Shown here piece after piece: positions 9,820-20,298 of a stretch of 64,000 nucleotides of DNA (its first letter is position 1; every line of letters starts with the position of its first letter). Position numbers and translations under genes: made by a program. The notes beneath the pieces are model-generated. The model was not told the origin of the DNA, made no database searches, and saw only the letters and a list, made by a program, of their open reading frames with translations. This stretch comes from an uncultured delta proteobacterium (GTDB lineage Bacteria > Desulfobacterota > Desulfobacteria > Desulfobacterales > Desulfatirhabdiaceae), in the NCBI GenBank assembly GCA_963789395.1, contig CAWBKP010000014.1, positions 1-64,000 of the forward strand. The letters are read 5' to 3'.

Positions 9820-12061
9820 TTAGGCTTTACTCAGTTTGGCCCTGATTCCCCAGGCGGCATCCAGACCGGAAACAGGATCCTGAACCGGTCCGATCAGACG
9901 ATTCACATTAATCCCCTTGTCCGCGATATAACCGTCATAAGCGGTATGGCCCAGTCCTCTGGGAAGCGCCACCACACCCGGCATGATGCCTTCTTCCAGA
10001 TGAACCCTGACCCTGGCCTGCCCCCGGGGAGTTTGCAGCACCACAAAATCGCCTTCCGACAACTGGTTTGACTGCGCTGTTTTAGGATTGATTTCGATAA
10101 AACTGTCGTTATGCTTGAGTATCGTATCTTCGACGGTCTTGATCAAAAACGGCGGATTCGCGATATATCCGCTGGCCAGTCGCATGGTTTCGTAAGGGAT
10201 AAGCAGCAACGGAAAAGTGGAATCTCCTTCAATCTTGACCGGCACAAATCCGGGAGAAGCATCGGCAGGCATAAATTGAAATTTCCCCGAAGGTGTCTTG
10301 AACGCCGCCTTCCAATCAGGTGCCACAGTTTCAGAATCGACCCAAAAACCCTTTTTCTGGAGGGTCTGCAGCTTGTCTCCCATTGCCTGCTCAAAGCAGG
10401 CTTCAAAATTATCCCAGGGCAAAGCCTCGGCCACCCCGCCGCCCAGTTCTTTTGCCAGAAGGATCAAGGTGTCTCCGGCATGTTTGGTATTCAGTTGGGG
10501 TTTAACGACGGGTTTTGATAAGCTGACAATCGGCTTGGGAAAGCCCCTCGGGGTTGGGCAGTCTTCCAGGCGTTCCAGATAGATGTGATTGGGCAGAACC
10601 AGATCCGCGACCTGGGTGGTTTCATCCATGTAAGAAGACATGCTGACCACAAAGGGAATTTTATCAAAGGCCTCTTTTACGGTTTTGGAATCCGCCAGGG
10701 TGTAAAGCGGATTGGATTCAAGAACAAACAGCACATTCAGCGGATATCCTTTTCCGGAAAGAATCGCGGCAGGAAGCTGATTGATGCGGCACGGAGAATT
10801 TGGCAGCGCCCCGTCCAGACGCGGCTGTTTCATGCCGGCTGCAGCCACCGTATCCATCGATACTTCAGCCCAACCATTAGAATCCATTCGCGGCAGGGAA
10901 CATACCCCGCCTTTCCGGTTGACGCTTCCCACCAATGCGTTGAGGGCATGCACGGCCATGGCTTCGCTCAGACTTCCCGGAACCCTTCTTCCCTGGCCTT
11001 TTCCGCAAAGCGCCAGCGGCGCTTTCGCCTTGGCGAATTCACGCGCCAGAAGAATGATCGCGGAAGGATCAATGCCGGTAGCCCTGGCAACGGTTTCCGG
11101 GCTATAGTCTTCCAGAACCGTTTGCTTGAATCCTTTTTTCGTCTCTCCCTTATCCGAGACAAAATCCTCAAACCCGACCGCATAATTATCCACAAAGTCT
11201 TTGTTATAAAGCATTTCCTTGATCAGGACATGGGCTATTCCCATAGCCAGAGCCGCTTCAGTCCCGGGAACGATGGTAATCCAGCGATCCGCTTTTGCGG
11301 CGGTGTGCGACAGGCGCGGTTCGATTTGAATCACCCGAGCCTTGGCTTTTTTCCAGCCGGTGTTGGCTTTAAACATCCGGACCGGCGACCCCCATCCTTC
11401 CAGAAGTCCGCAGCCGAAACTCAGGATAAAGTCGGCGTTTTCCACGTCGAAACCCGGTTCCGCGGAAACACCGTTCATATACTGCAAGGCAAGTTGATAC
11501 GTATCCGCACTGGAAGGGGTATAGAAGAAATTGGGGGAACCATAGGCTGTCAGAAATCGGTTGAACAGTTGGGATACGGTTCCCTGACGGGATCTGGCGA
11601 TTCCGGCGACGGTATGGGAGTTTCCGCTGGTTCTGAGTCCATCCAGTTTTTCAGCCAGTTTCGGAGATTGCCTGTTCCCAGGAAATTTTCTCCCACTGGC
11701 CCTCTCCCCTTTTCCCGACCCGTATTAACGGCGTTTTTATCCGCGTGGGCCCATACAGGAGCTGGAGTCCGGAAAGACCCAGTGCGCAAATACCACCCTG
11801 ATTGACCGGGTGCCCTTTCATGCCCTCGTTTTTTACCCCCCGCTCGTCAACCTTTCGGACGCTGATGCCGCATCCCCCCGGACAAAGCGTACAAACGGAA
11901 TTGACATAACTGTTCTCACCGGTTTCAGGCACCGGCGTCCAGGGCCAGTTCTGGGTCCAGATGGACAGGTCATCCGTCAACTTCCAGGGTAGCGGTGAAA
12001 GGGCTGTCCCTGCAGCAACGCCAATGCCCAGCGATAAAAAGCTTCTTCGGTCTATTTTCAT
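9820..12061 (-). CDS. qrcB: Menaquinone reductase molybdopterin-oxidoreductase-like subunit; frameshifts around 11550-11760
   Basis: Tat signal DRRSFL; PLPWKLTDDLSIWTQNW; CTLCPGGCG; C-terminal molydopterin-dinucleotide-binding-like domain. Confidence 0.88.
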
Positions 12062-12137
12062 TGAATCATCCCCTTAACCTGAAATAAAAACATACCGTAT
12101 AACAGAATATATTGGATAGAACCAAAGGCCCTGTCTT

Positions 12138-12830
12138 TTATTTATGACAGACAAAACACCCTTCTTTTTGTGTCTGAACGCTGCCCAGCGACATTTTCTC
12201 CTTCTGATGGCAATCGGAACAGTCATCCATTTTCATGCGATCCCAGGTATTTTTCTTAAGCCCGCCGATATTCTCCCCCCAGATGTCACGGCTGTAACCC
12301 GTAATCCGGTTCTGCTGGTAGGGCTTCATGTGTTCGGATTCGCCGATGGGTCCGTGACAGGTCACGCACTCCATTTTTGCGGCTTTCACATGCGCGGCAT
12401 GCGAGAAAAAGACGCAATCGGGCTGTCTGGCATAGACCAGCCAGGGCACTTCCACCCCTTTTTTCACATACTGCTCCACAAACTTGATTTCTTCAGGATC
12501 ACTGCCCTGTGCCTCTTCATGGCATTCGATGCACTGAGCAAGCTTGGGAACTCCGGAATAACTGCCGTCTTCACGGAAAAAATGACAGCTCTCGCAGCCA
12601 TTGCCAACCAGGCCGTTATGCAGGGTATGGTTGAAATCAATGGGCTGTTTTTTTTGCGAATACAGCACTTTCGGGAAGAGGACCCACCCGACGATCAGAC
12701 TTGCCACAAGCCCGACAAAGAAAAACAAAATAATGACGCCTCCTGATCCCTCATCTTCTCCGCTTTTTCCATGTGTTGAGGAAACCGCCTTCTCCGAACC
12801 CGCTTGAGCCATGCCATCTTGTTTACTCAT
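12138..12830 (-). CDS. qrcA: Menaquinone reductase membrane-anchored multiheme cytochrome c subunit
   Basis: One TM helix and five CxxCH motifs (CESCH, CIECH, CVTCH, CSDCH, CFVCH); YARQPDCVFFSH. Confidence 0.9.
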   Translation of the reverse strand: MSKQDGMAQAGSEKAVSSTHGKSGEDEGSGGVIILFFFVGLVASLIVGWVLFPKVLYSQKKQPIDFNHTLHNGLVGNGCESCHFFREDGSYSGVPKLAQCIECHEEAQGSDPEEIKFVEQYVKKGVEVPWLVYARQPDCVFFSHAAHVKAAKMECVTCHGPIGESEHMKPYQQNRITGYSRDIWGENIGGLKKNTWDRMKMDDCSDCHQKEKMSLGSVQTQKEGCFVCHK

Positions 12831-12984
12831 GGAAACCCCGTCTGTCGTTGATAATTATGTGGGTATGAAATACTGCAAATCAAATTATATGGAGAGGTGA
12901 ATCATATCCGGTAACCAATACGATTCATTCCTGTATCGGATCTGGTGTTCTCTATATAGGGGAACTTTTTTTGTCAAGAAAAAA

Positions 12985-13833
12985 TCATTGGCCCATTGCA
13001 CCGTAACTGTGAAGGCCGGGCAGAAGATTCACACCGAAATACGTAAACAACACGGCGGCAAAACCCGCCACAGAAAGATATGCGATCCGACTGCCATGCC
13101 ATCCGCGCGTCAATCTGGCATGTAGAAGTGTGGCATAAATAAACCAGGTAATCAGAGACCAGGTTTCCTTGGGATCCCATCCCCAGTATCTGCCCCAGGC
13201 GGAGTTGGCCCATACAGCGCCGGTGATGATCCCCACTGTCAGAAACAGAAACCCGAACATGACCATTTGATGGTTCAGCTCGTCAAGCACCCCGGTTTTG
13301 GGAAAGCGCTCCAGCAGCCGGCTTTCCCCATCCGCATCCTTTTCCTTGATCAGGTACATGATGCTGAGACAAAAAGCAACGGCAAAGGCCGCGTAACCGA
13401 TGAAACAGGCAACCACATGAGCAATCAGCCAGTTGCTTTTCAGTGCCGGCAAAAGGGGCTGAATCCGGTCGCTGATGTTCGGAGAAAGCGATGCATAGGC
13501 CATTGCCAGAAACGGAAACGGCATGGCAAAGGCGCCGATGATCCGGTTATGATATTTTTTTTCGATTACCAGGTAAACGGCGGCAAGGGTCCCTGCGAAA
13601 AATACCAGGGATTCATACAGATTGGAAAGGGGTGCATGACCATATCCGAGTTTATAGGATTCGATCCATCGCATCGCAATGCCTGTCACATTTCCCATCA
13701 ACCCGGCAAAAACGACCCAGGTGGCCAGCCTGCCGGGCTCCGGTTTCTTGAAAATCCATGAAGCCACATACAGGAATGCGGCAAAACCATAAACAAATGT
13801 TACAACAGAAAGGATTCCGGAACTGTTCATCAT
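12985..13833 (-). CDS. ccsA: Cytochrome c biogenesis System II heme lyase subunit (CcsA/ResC)
   Basis: WWD motif WANSAWGRYWGWDPKETW; HAPLSNLYES; GLHSY. Confidence 0.92.
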   Translation of the reverse strand: MMNSSGILSVVTFVYGFAAFLYVASWIFKKPEPGRLATWVVFAGLMGNVTGIAMRWIESYKLGYGHAPLSNLYESLVFFAGTLAAVYLVIEKKYHNRIIGAFAMPFPFLAMAYASLSPNISDRIQPLLPALKSNWLIAHVVACFIGYAAFAVAFCLSIMYLIKEKDADGESRLLERFPKTGVLDELNHQMVMFGFLFLTVGIITGAVWANSAWGRYWGWDPKETWSLITWFIYATLLHARLTRGWHGSRIAYLSVAGFAAVLFTYFGVNLLPGLHSYGAMGQ

Positions 13834-13887
13834 ATTTCCTTTACCATTTTCGGCTTGATTCGTTAGAATTTCAGATAAAAAGGTTCG

Positions 13888-15270
13888 TTATGATTTATTT
13901 TCAGTTTGCTCTATCTCTGCGGCAATAGCGTCAATCTTGTTCTGAATACCGATTTTGTTTTTATTGGCAATTCCCCGAATCGTGACACTGCCGCTTTTTT
14001 TATCAGTAAGCGCTTCAATGCAAACCTGCTGATGGGACATAAAGAATGTGACGATACACCCGGTGATCATCAGAAGAAACCCGGCATAAACCACCCAGAC
14101 GCCCGGATCACTGGTAACCTGAAGACCGGTATAATATCGGGTTTCGGTTTCAGCAATCGCAATGACCACATCCCCTTTTCTCATTCGGTCGAAACTGGGG
14201 AATTTTACCGGAAGAACAACTTCAACGGAACTGCCGTCCGGGGACGTCAGCTTTCCGACAAAGGCGTCCCCTATCGCATGGCCCTTAAACTGTTGATCCC
14301 GGTTAAACGCCAAAATCGTAAACGATCCCAATCCTTCCGGAATCGTCACTGTCTGGCCCGGCGCAATTTTTTCCTTGTATTCCATGCCGGTTGCCCGGCT
14401 GGTGAAACTTAAAACCACATTTTCGGAAGGCAGGTTCCCGTAGCTGGACTGAAACAGATTGATGCCCTTGTATCGCAGGGGGTCATTGACGATGATGTCG
14501 CGGGTCAGCACCGGCGTTCCTTTTTCCAGAATCGTTACCGTGGAGCGGTATTCGCTGGGCGCGCCCGAATCATAAAAGCTGATCGAGAATTTATCGCACC
14601 GGATCTCGAAATCAAGGGGAATCGACTTGCCGGAATTGTTCAACCGAATCGTTTTGGCGGTGTCACCTTCCGGGATGTTGACCGACCCGTCAAATCCCCA
14701 GAACGAGCCGATCAGGCCGCCCGCCAGCAAAAAAACCACGCTCAGATGAACGACATAAACCCCCAGACGGGTCCATCGCCCTTTTTCGCTCCACAGGAAG
14801 TAACCGTGCTGGGCGGGCTCAAGCCGGACCATGCCGACGTTCCGGGTCAATGCCTTTTCAAGGATGGATTGCACCTGGCCGGGAGAAGAGACCACAACCT
14901 GTCGCTGGGAAGAAGCGTTCTGAAACCGTGACGGTTTAAAAACCGGCGGTTTGACAACGATCTTCCAGGCTGCAGGCAGGCGGTCGAAAGAGCAGACAAT
15001 AATGTTCAGGGTCAAAATCACCAGCAATAGCTGAAACCACCAGGAATGGTACATGTCAAACATATCGAGCACGGAAAGCAGTCGCACCATGTTCTGACCA
15101 TACGTATGCACATAGGCGTCAAGGTTCTGATTCTGGGGGATAACCGTTCCGATGACGGAAGTTGCAGCCAGGGTCAGAAGGACGGTAACGGTCAATCGGA
15201 CCGAAGCGAAAAATTTAAATATCGGGGAATGCTGCCTGGAATTCATTGTTTCTCCATTACGGGGAGCCAT
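13888..15270 (-). CDS. resB: Cytochrome c biogenesis protein ResB/CcsB
   Basis: GTVIPQ, YHSWWF, VNDPLRYKG..LFQSSY and TGLQV..DPGV motifs; adjacent to ccsA. Confidence 0.9.
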   Translation of the reverse strand: MAPRNGETMNSRQHSPIFKFFASVRLTVTVLLTLAATSVIGTVIPQNQNLDAYVHTYGQNMVRLLSVLDMFDMYHSWWFQLLLVILTLNIIVCSFDRLPAAWKIVVKPPVFKPSRFQNASSQRQVVVSSPGQVQSILEKALTRNVGMVRLEPAQHGYFLWSEKGRWTRLGVYVVHLSVVFLLAGGLIGSFWGFDGSVNIPEGDTAKTIRLNNSGKSIPLDFEIRCDKFSISFYDSGAPSEYRSTVTILEKGTPVLTRDIIVNDPLRYKGINLFQSSYGNLPSENVVLSFTSRATGMEYKEKIAPGQTVTIPEGLGSFTILAFNRDQQFKGHAIGDAFVGKLTSPDGSSVEVVLPVKFPSFDRMRKGDVVIAIAETETRYYTGLQVTSDPGVWVVYAGFLLMITGCIVTFFMSHQQVCIEALTDKKSGSVTIRGIANKNKIGIQNKIDAIAAEIEQTENKS

Positions 15271-15381
15271 AGGTTATCGGGTATTGTCGATGGGCGCAAC
15301 AAGCGTGGTGATCCCATCGTCATAAATGCCTTATTATTGTGGCAATTATTATCAAAATAGTTGGCCGGAAACAAGGCGGAA

Positions 15382-18339
15382 TCATTTCTGGTTTGACGAT
15401 TTCTCCGGCTGAATGACAATGACGGCGGATTTGGGCTGTTCCAGATATTTTTTTGCCAGCTGATGCAGTTCTATTGCTGAAACCGCTGCATAGTCTTTCT
15501 GTATCGTCCGGCTCCAGTCAATCTGCTGGGGATGCCCGGCCGAACCGGTCAGAACGGAATTCACCCAGTAATCATTGGTTCGTATCAAATCCTTGATGCC
15601 GGTCAGAACCGGGTCAAGAGAACGGTGCAGTTCGTCATCCGGCACGGGTTTCTTGGAAAGCGCGGCGGAAATGTCCTGGACCTCATGGATTACCCGCTTC
15701 ACATCCCCAAGCTCAACCGTAATCATGGTTTGAAACACGCCATAGTCAGAATATGCCCGGCTGGGATGATTGAAGGCCATGGGTGAATAGGCAGCCCCGA
15801 GCTTTTCCCGAACGCTTTGACGAAGCCGGTCCGAAAACACCTCCGCCAGCACGGACAGCCGACGCGTCCGTTGAATGTTCCAGAAGTCATCGGTCGGATA
15901 CGCCATCATCACAAGGGTTTTCGGAATATCCGTTTCCACCTGAAGGTTTAAATCGCCGCCGGAAGGAAATTTCGGGCTGGTGGCTGCCGGTTGCAAAAAA
16001 CGGGTCGATCTTTCCGGAAGATTCCCCAGATAGATAGATGCTATTCTGATGACGGCATCCACATCCATATCCCCTGCGATGGAGATCTCAAGGGCGTTCT
16101 TTTCAAGCGCAGGCATCAACCAGGCCTTGACATCCGACAGTTTCAACGTCCGGAACACATCGTATGCCGGAAGTCCGAAGCGGGAATCGCCACCGGCAAA
16201 AAACCGGCGGGCATGGAGTCTTGCCATGCCGTCAACCGTCCGGGAAAGTTCCTGATACTGCTGGGCGAATCTTTCCATGCACAGGGCATAGGCGTCCTGC
16301 CGGAATCCCGAATCCAGAATATGGGCGTAAAAAAGCTGAAACAACAACGCAATTTCATCGGAAACCGAGCTTGCCTTGAACATGAACCGATCTTCGGCAA
16401 CACTGAAACGGACCCGGGTATTTTTGCCGGCAAGGGCCCGGTCCAGTTCTTCACGGGTGAGCCCTGCCAGCCCGCTTTCCTGGACCACTTCCGCAGTCAA
16501 TTGCGACAACCCGGATTTGTCCGGTGGCTCGGATGCGGATCCAGCTCCAAAAACCATATTGGCCATCACCTGATTCTGTTTGAAATCGGTTTTTTTCAGA
16601 TTCAGGCGAATGCCGTTTTCAAAATCCACCTGAATGATTCCCAGATCGGCAATGTCGCGGCGGGCGCGAATCGGACCCGGCGCAGCCGGCACGGGAAGAT
16701 ACGGAAACGAAACAGAGCGATATGCTACAGGAGGCGATACGGCAACCCCCTGGCTGTTATTCCAGACATCCAGAATCTGTTTTTCAGGCGGCAATTCGCC
16801 TGAAGCCGACAGCCTGGCATTTCCGGTCAGTTCGATCAGGCGATGATCCCTGGACCAGACCGATTTAAATGATTCAAGAACATCCTTGGCTGTCAGCGCC
16901 TGAACAAAGGGGGCAAGCAGCGCCTGTCTCTGCGCCGGGGACTGCAGGACCTGGTTCTGATCAAGGGCTGCAATTATTTTCCGGGCGATTGTCTGACTGT
17001 TTCGCGTGGAAGCCTTTTTCTCCTGATCCTCGAGGCCGGACAAGAAATCCGCTTTAACCCGCTCGAGTTCTGTATCTGTAAAACCGAATTCCAGGGCGCT
17101 TCGCAATTGCTGTTCAATTTCGGAAAGGGATTTTTGCCAGGTGTCGGGGTCACCCTCCGCCGAAATTTCGGCAATATAGATATTTTTTAAAAAGCGCCCG
17201 GAATGCACACTGGCTGATGTAAATGGCGTGCCGGGTCTTCGAACCAGCGCGTCCAGCCGGTTCTGCATGAGTTTATCCGCCAGATCCATTACGGCTTCTT
17301 CTTTTTGAAACTGAATCGAGTCCGGCCGGGCCTTTTCCAGAAAAAGGCACCCGATGCTGACAGCTGCGGTTCCGGACTCCGCCTCATGGTGATAAAACGC
17401 CTTGACCCCCTGGTGGTCTATTTTGCCGATATCCGGGGCCGGCATCCCCTCTTCCCGGGAAGACACAGAAGCAAATGCCGCCTCGATCAGGCCGACTGCA
17501 ACCGCCGGATCCAGATCGCCGACAGCAACCAGTATCATGGTTTCCGGCCGGTACCAGGTATCGTAAAACCGTTTCAGGGCGGCATGATCTGCTTTCTTTA
17601 AAACATGTTCGTCCCCGATGGGAAGCCGTGTTGAAATCAAAGAATCCGGAAATGCAAACTTCAGAGACGACTCAAATGTCCGGTAACTGGATGAGTCCCG
17701 CGTCAGTTTTTCAGCCAGAACGACTTTGCGTTCCCTGTCGATTTCATCCGGCAGCAGAAGTGCCCCGTCGGCAAAATCGCGCATCACTTTCAGGCCGTCC
17801 GCAAGGCTTTGCCGCGATCCATTGGGAAGCAGCACATCATAAACCGTATCCGTAAAGCCTGTCCGGGCATTGGCATCTGCCCCGAAATCCATCCCGATGC
17901 TCTGGAAATACCGGATCAGTTCACCGGGCTTGAAGTGAGTGGTTCCGCAAAACAGCAGATGCTCCAGAAAATGCGCATATCCCCGCTGATCCTCGGTTTC
18001 ATTCAAGGAGCCTGCCTGAATCATCAGATGCATGCTGACTCTGTCAAGCGGGGTGGTGTTTTTCATCAGAACATAGCGGAATCCGTTGGGAAGTTTTCCA
18101 AAGACAAGGTTCGCATCCGGGGCAAGATCGCTGTGTTCATGCGGCCATGGATTAAAATTGGCTTCCTGCGCTAAAGCCAGGCCTGTTCCTTTAAGAAAAA
18201 AATTCCCTGAAAAACCACTGGGGACATGTTCCGTTATGGGTATCAGGAGAACAACTACGGCCAGGGCCCATCCAACAACTCCTGACAGGAACGAACTCCT
18301 GACAGGACCATACTGCAACTCTTTCATCGATAACTCCAA
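15382..18339 (-). CDS. M16 family (insulinase/PqqL-like) exported zinc protease
   Basis: AGSLNE..QRGYAHFLEHLLF (HxxEH); GADANART; second-half REKLGAAYS; N-terminal hydrophobic segment. Confidence 0.9.
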   Translation of the reverse strand: MELSMKELQYGPVRSSFLSGVVGWALAVVVLLIPITEHVPSGFSGNFFLKGTGLALAQEANFNPWPHEHSDLAPDANLVFGKLPNGFRYVLMKNTTPLDRVSMHLMIQAGSLNETEDQRGYAHFLEHLLFCGTTHFKPGELIRYFQSIGMDFGADANARTGFTDTVYDVLLPNGSRQSLADGLKVMRDFADGALLLPDEIDRERKVVLAEKLTRDSSSYRTFESSLKFAFPDSLISTRLPIGDEHVLKKADHAALKRFYDTWYRPETMILVAVGDLDPAVAVGLIEAAFASVSSREEGMPAPDIGKIDHQGVKAFYHHEAESGTAAVSIGCLFLEKARPDSIQFQKEEAVMDLADKLMQNRLDALVRRPGTPFTSASVHSGRFLKNIYIAEISAEGDPDTWQKSLSEIEQQLRSALEFGFTDTELERVKADFLSGLEDQEKKASTRNSQTIARKIIAALDQNQVLQSPAQRQALLAPFVQALTAKDVLESFKSVWSRDHRLIELTGNARLSASGELPPEKQILDVWNNSQGVAVSPPVAYRSVSFPYLPVPAAPGPIRARRDIADLGIIQVDFENGIRLNLKKTDFKQNQVMANMVFGAGSASEPPDKSGLSQLTAEVVQESGLAGLTREELDRALAGKNTRVRFSVAEDRFMFKASSVSDEIALLFQLFYAHILDSGFRQDAYALCMERFAQQYQELSRTVDGMARLHARRFFAGGDSRFGLPAYDVFRTLKLSDVKAWLMPALEKNALEISIAGDMDVDAVIRIASIYLGNLPERSTRFLQPAATSPKFPSGGDLNLQVETDIPKTLVMMAYPTDDFWNIQRTRRLSVLAEVFSDRLRQSVREKLGAAYSPMAFNHPSRAYSDYGVFQTMITVELGDVKRVIHEVQDISAALSKKPVPDDELHRSLDPVLTGIKDLIRTNDYWVNSVLTGSAGHPQQIDWSRTIQKDYAAVSAIELHQLAKKYLEQPKSAVIVIQPEKSSNQK

Positions 18340-18645
18340 CTTTATTATGGATAGTCAAATAATGACAGCAGACTGAAAATACCTAGTTTTTAAAAAAATC
18401 TAGGCGAAAGTTAAACATGTATTCCGGATTGGCAATGGCGAGCCGGAAAGTGAAAAATTCGACATATGCCCTGATTCATCTTTTGCGAATTCATCAACAT
18501 GGGCATACCCTACAAATTTCATTGAACATTCCAACTTCTATTGATATGATTTGATTATGGCTTGCATCATTTTAGAGCAACGATTCAAATTGCGGCTCAT
18601 AAACGTTTAGGATTTTTGCCAAAGACAGGCTTTCAGGAGATTATC

Positions 18646-19314
18646 ATGCGGTTTCCGTTTTTACCATTTATCATGGCGTCCACTTTTCGCGGAATTCAGG
18701 AGCATGCTGAAAAAGTGAAAGAATGCGCCTGGATTTTTCAGCAGGCCATCGAGTGTCATGTAAATTTCAACTGCGACTTATTTGACGCGCTCAGAACAGA
18801 AGTGATTCAGCTGGAAAGCGAAGCCGACGTCATCAAAAACCGGATTCGCGCCTATCTTCCCCGCGAAAGGCTGATGCCGATGAACAAAGTGCTGTTACTC
18901 AAGTATATTCAGGAACAAGATGGGGTTCTGGATGCCGTGGTCGGCGCTTTGGCCTGGATTTCATACCGAAGCAGGGAATCCGTGCCAGCGGAATTGCACA
19001 AGGATTTTTTTCTTCTGGTGGATGCCGTCATGGATCCGTTTGAGGAAATCACCAAAATGGCGATTGAGGCCGGAAAATATTTTCAACGATTTTCAGAAAG
19101 CCAGCGGAGCAAGGTGAAAGAAATCATCCGGGCGATTCGTCAGCAGGAACACGAGGCGGATAAAGTAGAAGAGATGATTATCCAGAAAGCATTTGAATCT
19201 GTGACAGACCCGATATCTTTATTTCATGTAATCCGGCTGGCGGAATCCATTGGCGCGATTGCAAATCATGCTGAAAATGCGGGGGATACCATGCGGGCCA
19301 TGCTGGCCAGATAG
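18646..19314 (+). CDS. DUF47/TIGR00153 family (PhoU-like phosphate transport regulator)
   Basis: LESEADVIK and QEHEADKVE repeats; IANHAENAGD; AGGAG RBS. Confidence 0.85.
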   Translation: MRFPFLPFIMASTFRGIQEHAEKVKECAWIFQQAIECHVNFNCDLFDALRTEVIQLESEADVIKNRIRAYLPRERLMPMNKVLLLKYIQEQDGVLDAVVGALAWISYRSRESVPAELHKDFFLLVDAVMDPFEEITKMAIEAGKYFQRFSESQRSKVKEIIRAIRQQEHEADKVEEMIIQKAFESVTDPISLFHVIRLAESIGAIANHAENAGDTMRAMLAR

Positions 19315-19353
19315 TATAAATCCGTGGTTGACACACCCAACTCTTGGCGCTGC

Positions 19354-19938
19354 TCACCGATTCCGGTTCATGCCTGTTTCCGAAAAATCAGATACCTCAT
19401 AGACCTCGACAGTGGTTTTCGTATCTTTCCAGCATGTTTTTTCCATTCCGGCTTTCTGGCATAAATGACCCAGGAAATCTTCAGTTCCGGGAATTTGCTT
19501 CCAGACCTGCGGAAGAAATGTTGCCCGGCAGTAGCCCCGTGAGAGGATGACACCATGCACTCCGGGTTTCAGCAGCTTTTTCAACGCATCCGCATTGTCA
19601 TAGCGTAGCGAAATAGGTTTGGTCAATATACTGATTTCAATTGTGATATTCTCCATTTCATCCAGGGTGACGGGAGAAAATCTAGGATCTTGAAACCCTG
19701 CGCGAATGGCATTTTCCTTTACCCCGGCAATCAGTGATTGTACAGGCTCAATCATGCCGATACACCCTCTTAGCCTTCCGTTTGCATGCAGGGTGACAAA
19801 ACAGCCTCTTTTCTCCATGAATTCCGGTGCACTTCTTGACGGCAGCGGGCAGGAAGTTTTTTCTCCGAGGCGATTCAAGATAACCGTTCTGGCAAGTTGA
19901 AGCAGATATCGTTTGTCCTCTAAGGATAAGGCCGACAT
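19354..19938 (-). CDS. amrA: AmmeMemoRadiSam system protein A (AMMECR1 domain)
   Basis: GCFVTL..GRLRGCIG, DPRF, ATFLPQVW, LCQKAG. Confidence 0.9.
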   Translation of the reverse strand: MSALSLEDKRYLLQLARTVILNRLGEKTSCPLPSRSAPEFMEKRGCFVTLHANGRLRGCIGMIEPVQSLIAGVKENAIRAGFQDPRFSPVTLDEMENITIEISILTKPISLRYDNADALKKLLKPGVHGVILSRGYCRATFLPQVWKQIPGTEDFLGHLCQKAGMEKTCWKDTKTTVEVYEVSDFSETGMNRNR

Positions 19939-20056
19939 ATCAAAGCCTCCTGGAAAACTCGCGTGGATATGACAAGCTCCGATTGCACTCGCTCTTGTCA
20001 TGTCATAAAAAAACAGAAAAACTTGTTAATGGAAAAAAATGTATTATTGTATTAAT

Positions 20057-20188
20057 TGGCTTTGTGTTAAGTTCAATATCTTCGCTGCGCTTGATTCTTC
20101 ATCATTGCGGAGTGCTGACACTACGGCGGGCGCACGCCGGTTTTCAGGATTGCCACTCCATGATCTTGAACTTTTTTCTCTGCCGTCG
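20057..20188. repeat. Degenerate palindromic intergenic element (MITE/REP-like)
   Basis: Terminal inverted arms aagttcaatatc (20069) / gatcttgaactt (20162) with internal partial symmetry. Confidence 0.45.
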
Positions 20189-20298
20189 TATTTTATATTG
20201 TTACACGATAATTGAAGTTATCATCTGAGAACTGTTTTATCCAGAGTACCGGCAAGCAGTTTGAAAGATCACTATAGACCATCATTTCTGGAGTCGCA

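Noticed and set aside
7743..11805. Long plus-strand ORFs (7743-8867, 10585-11805) and similar antisense ORFs elsewhere in the track
   Set aside because: They are shadows of well-supported opposite-strand genes and carry no recognisable motifs
20092..20118. CIRCE-like half site GAGTGCTGA upstream of lon
   Set aside because: The left arm TTAGCACTC is absent
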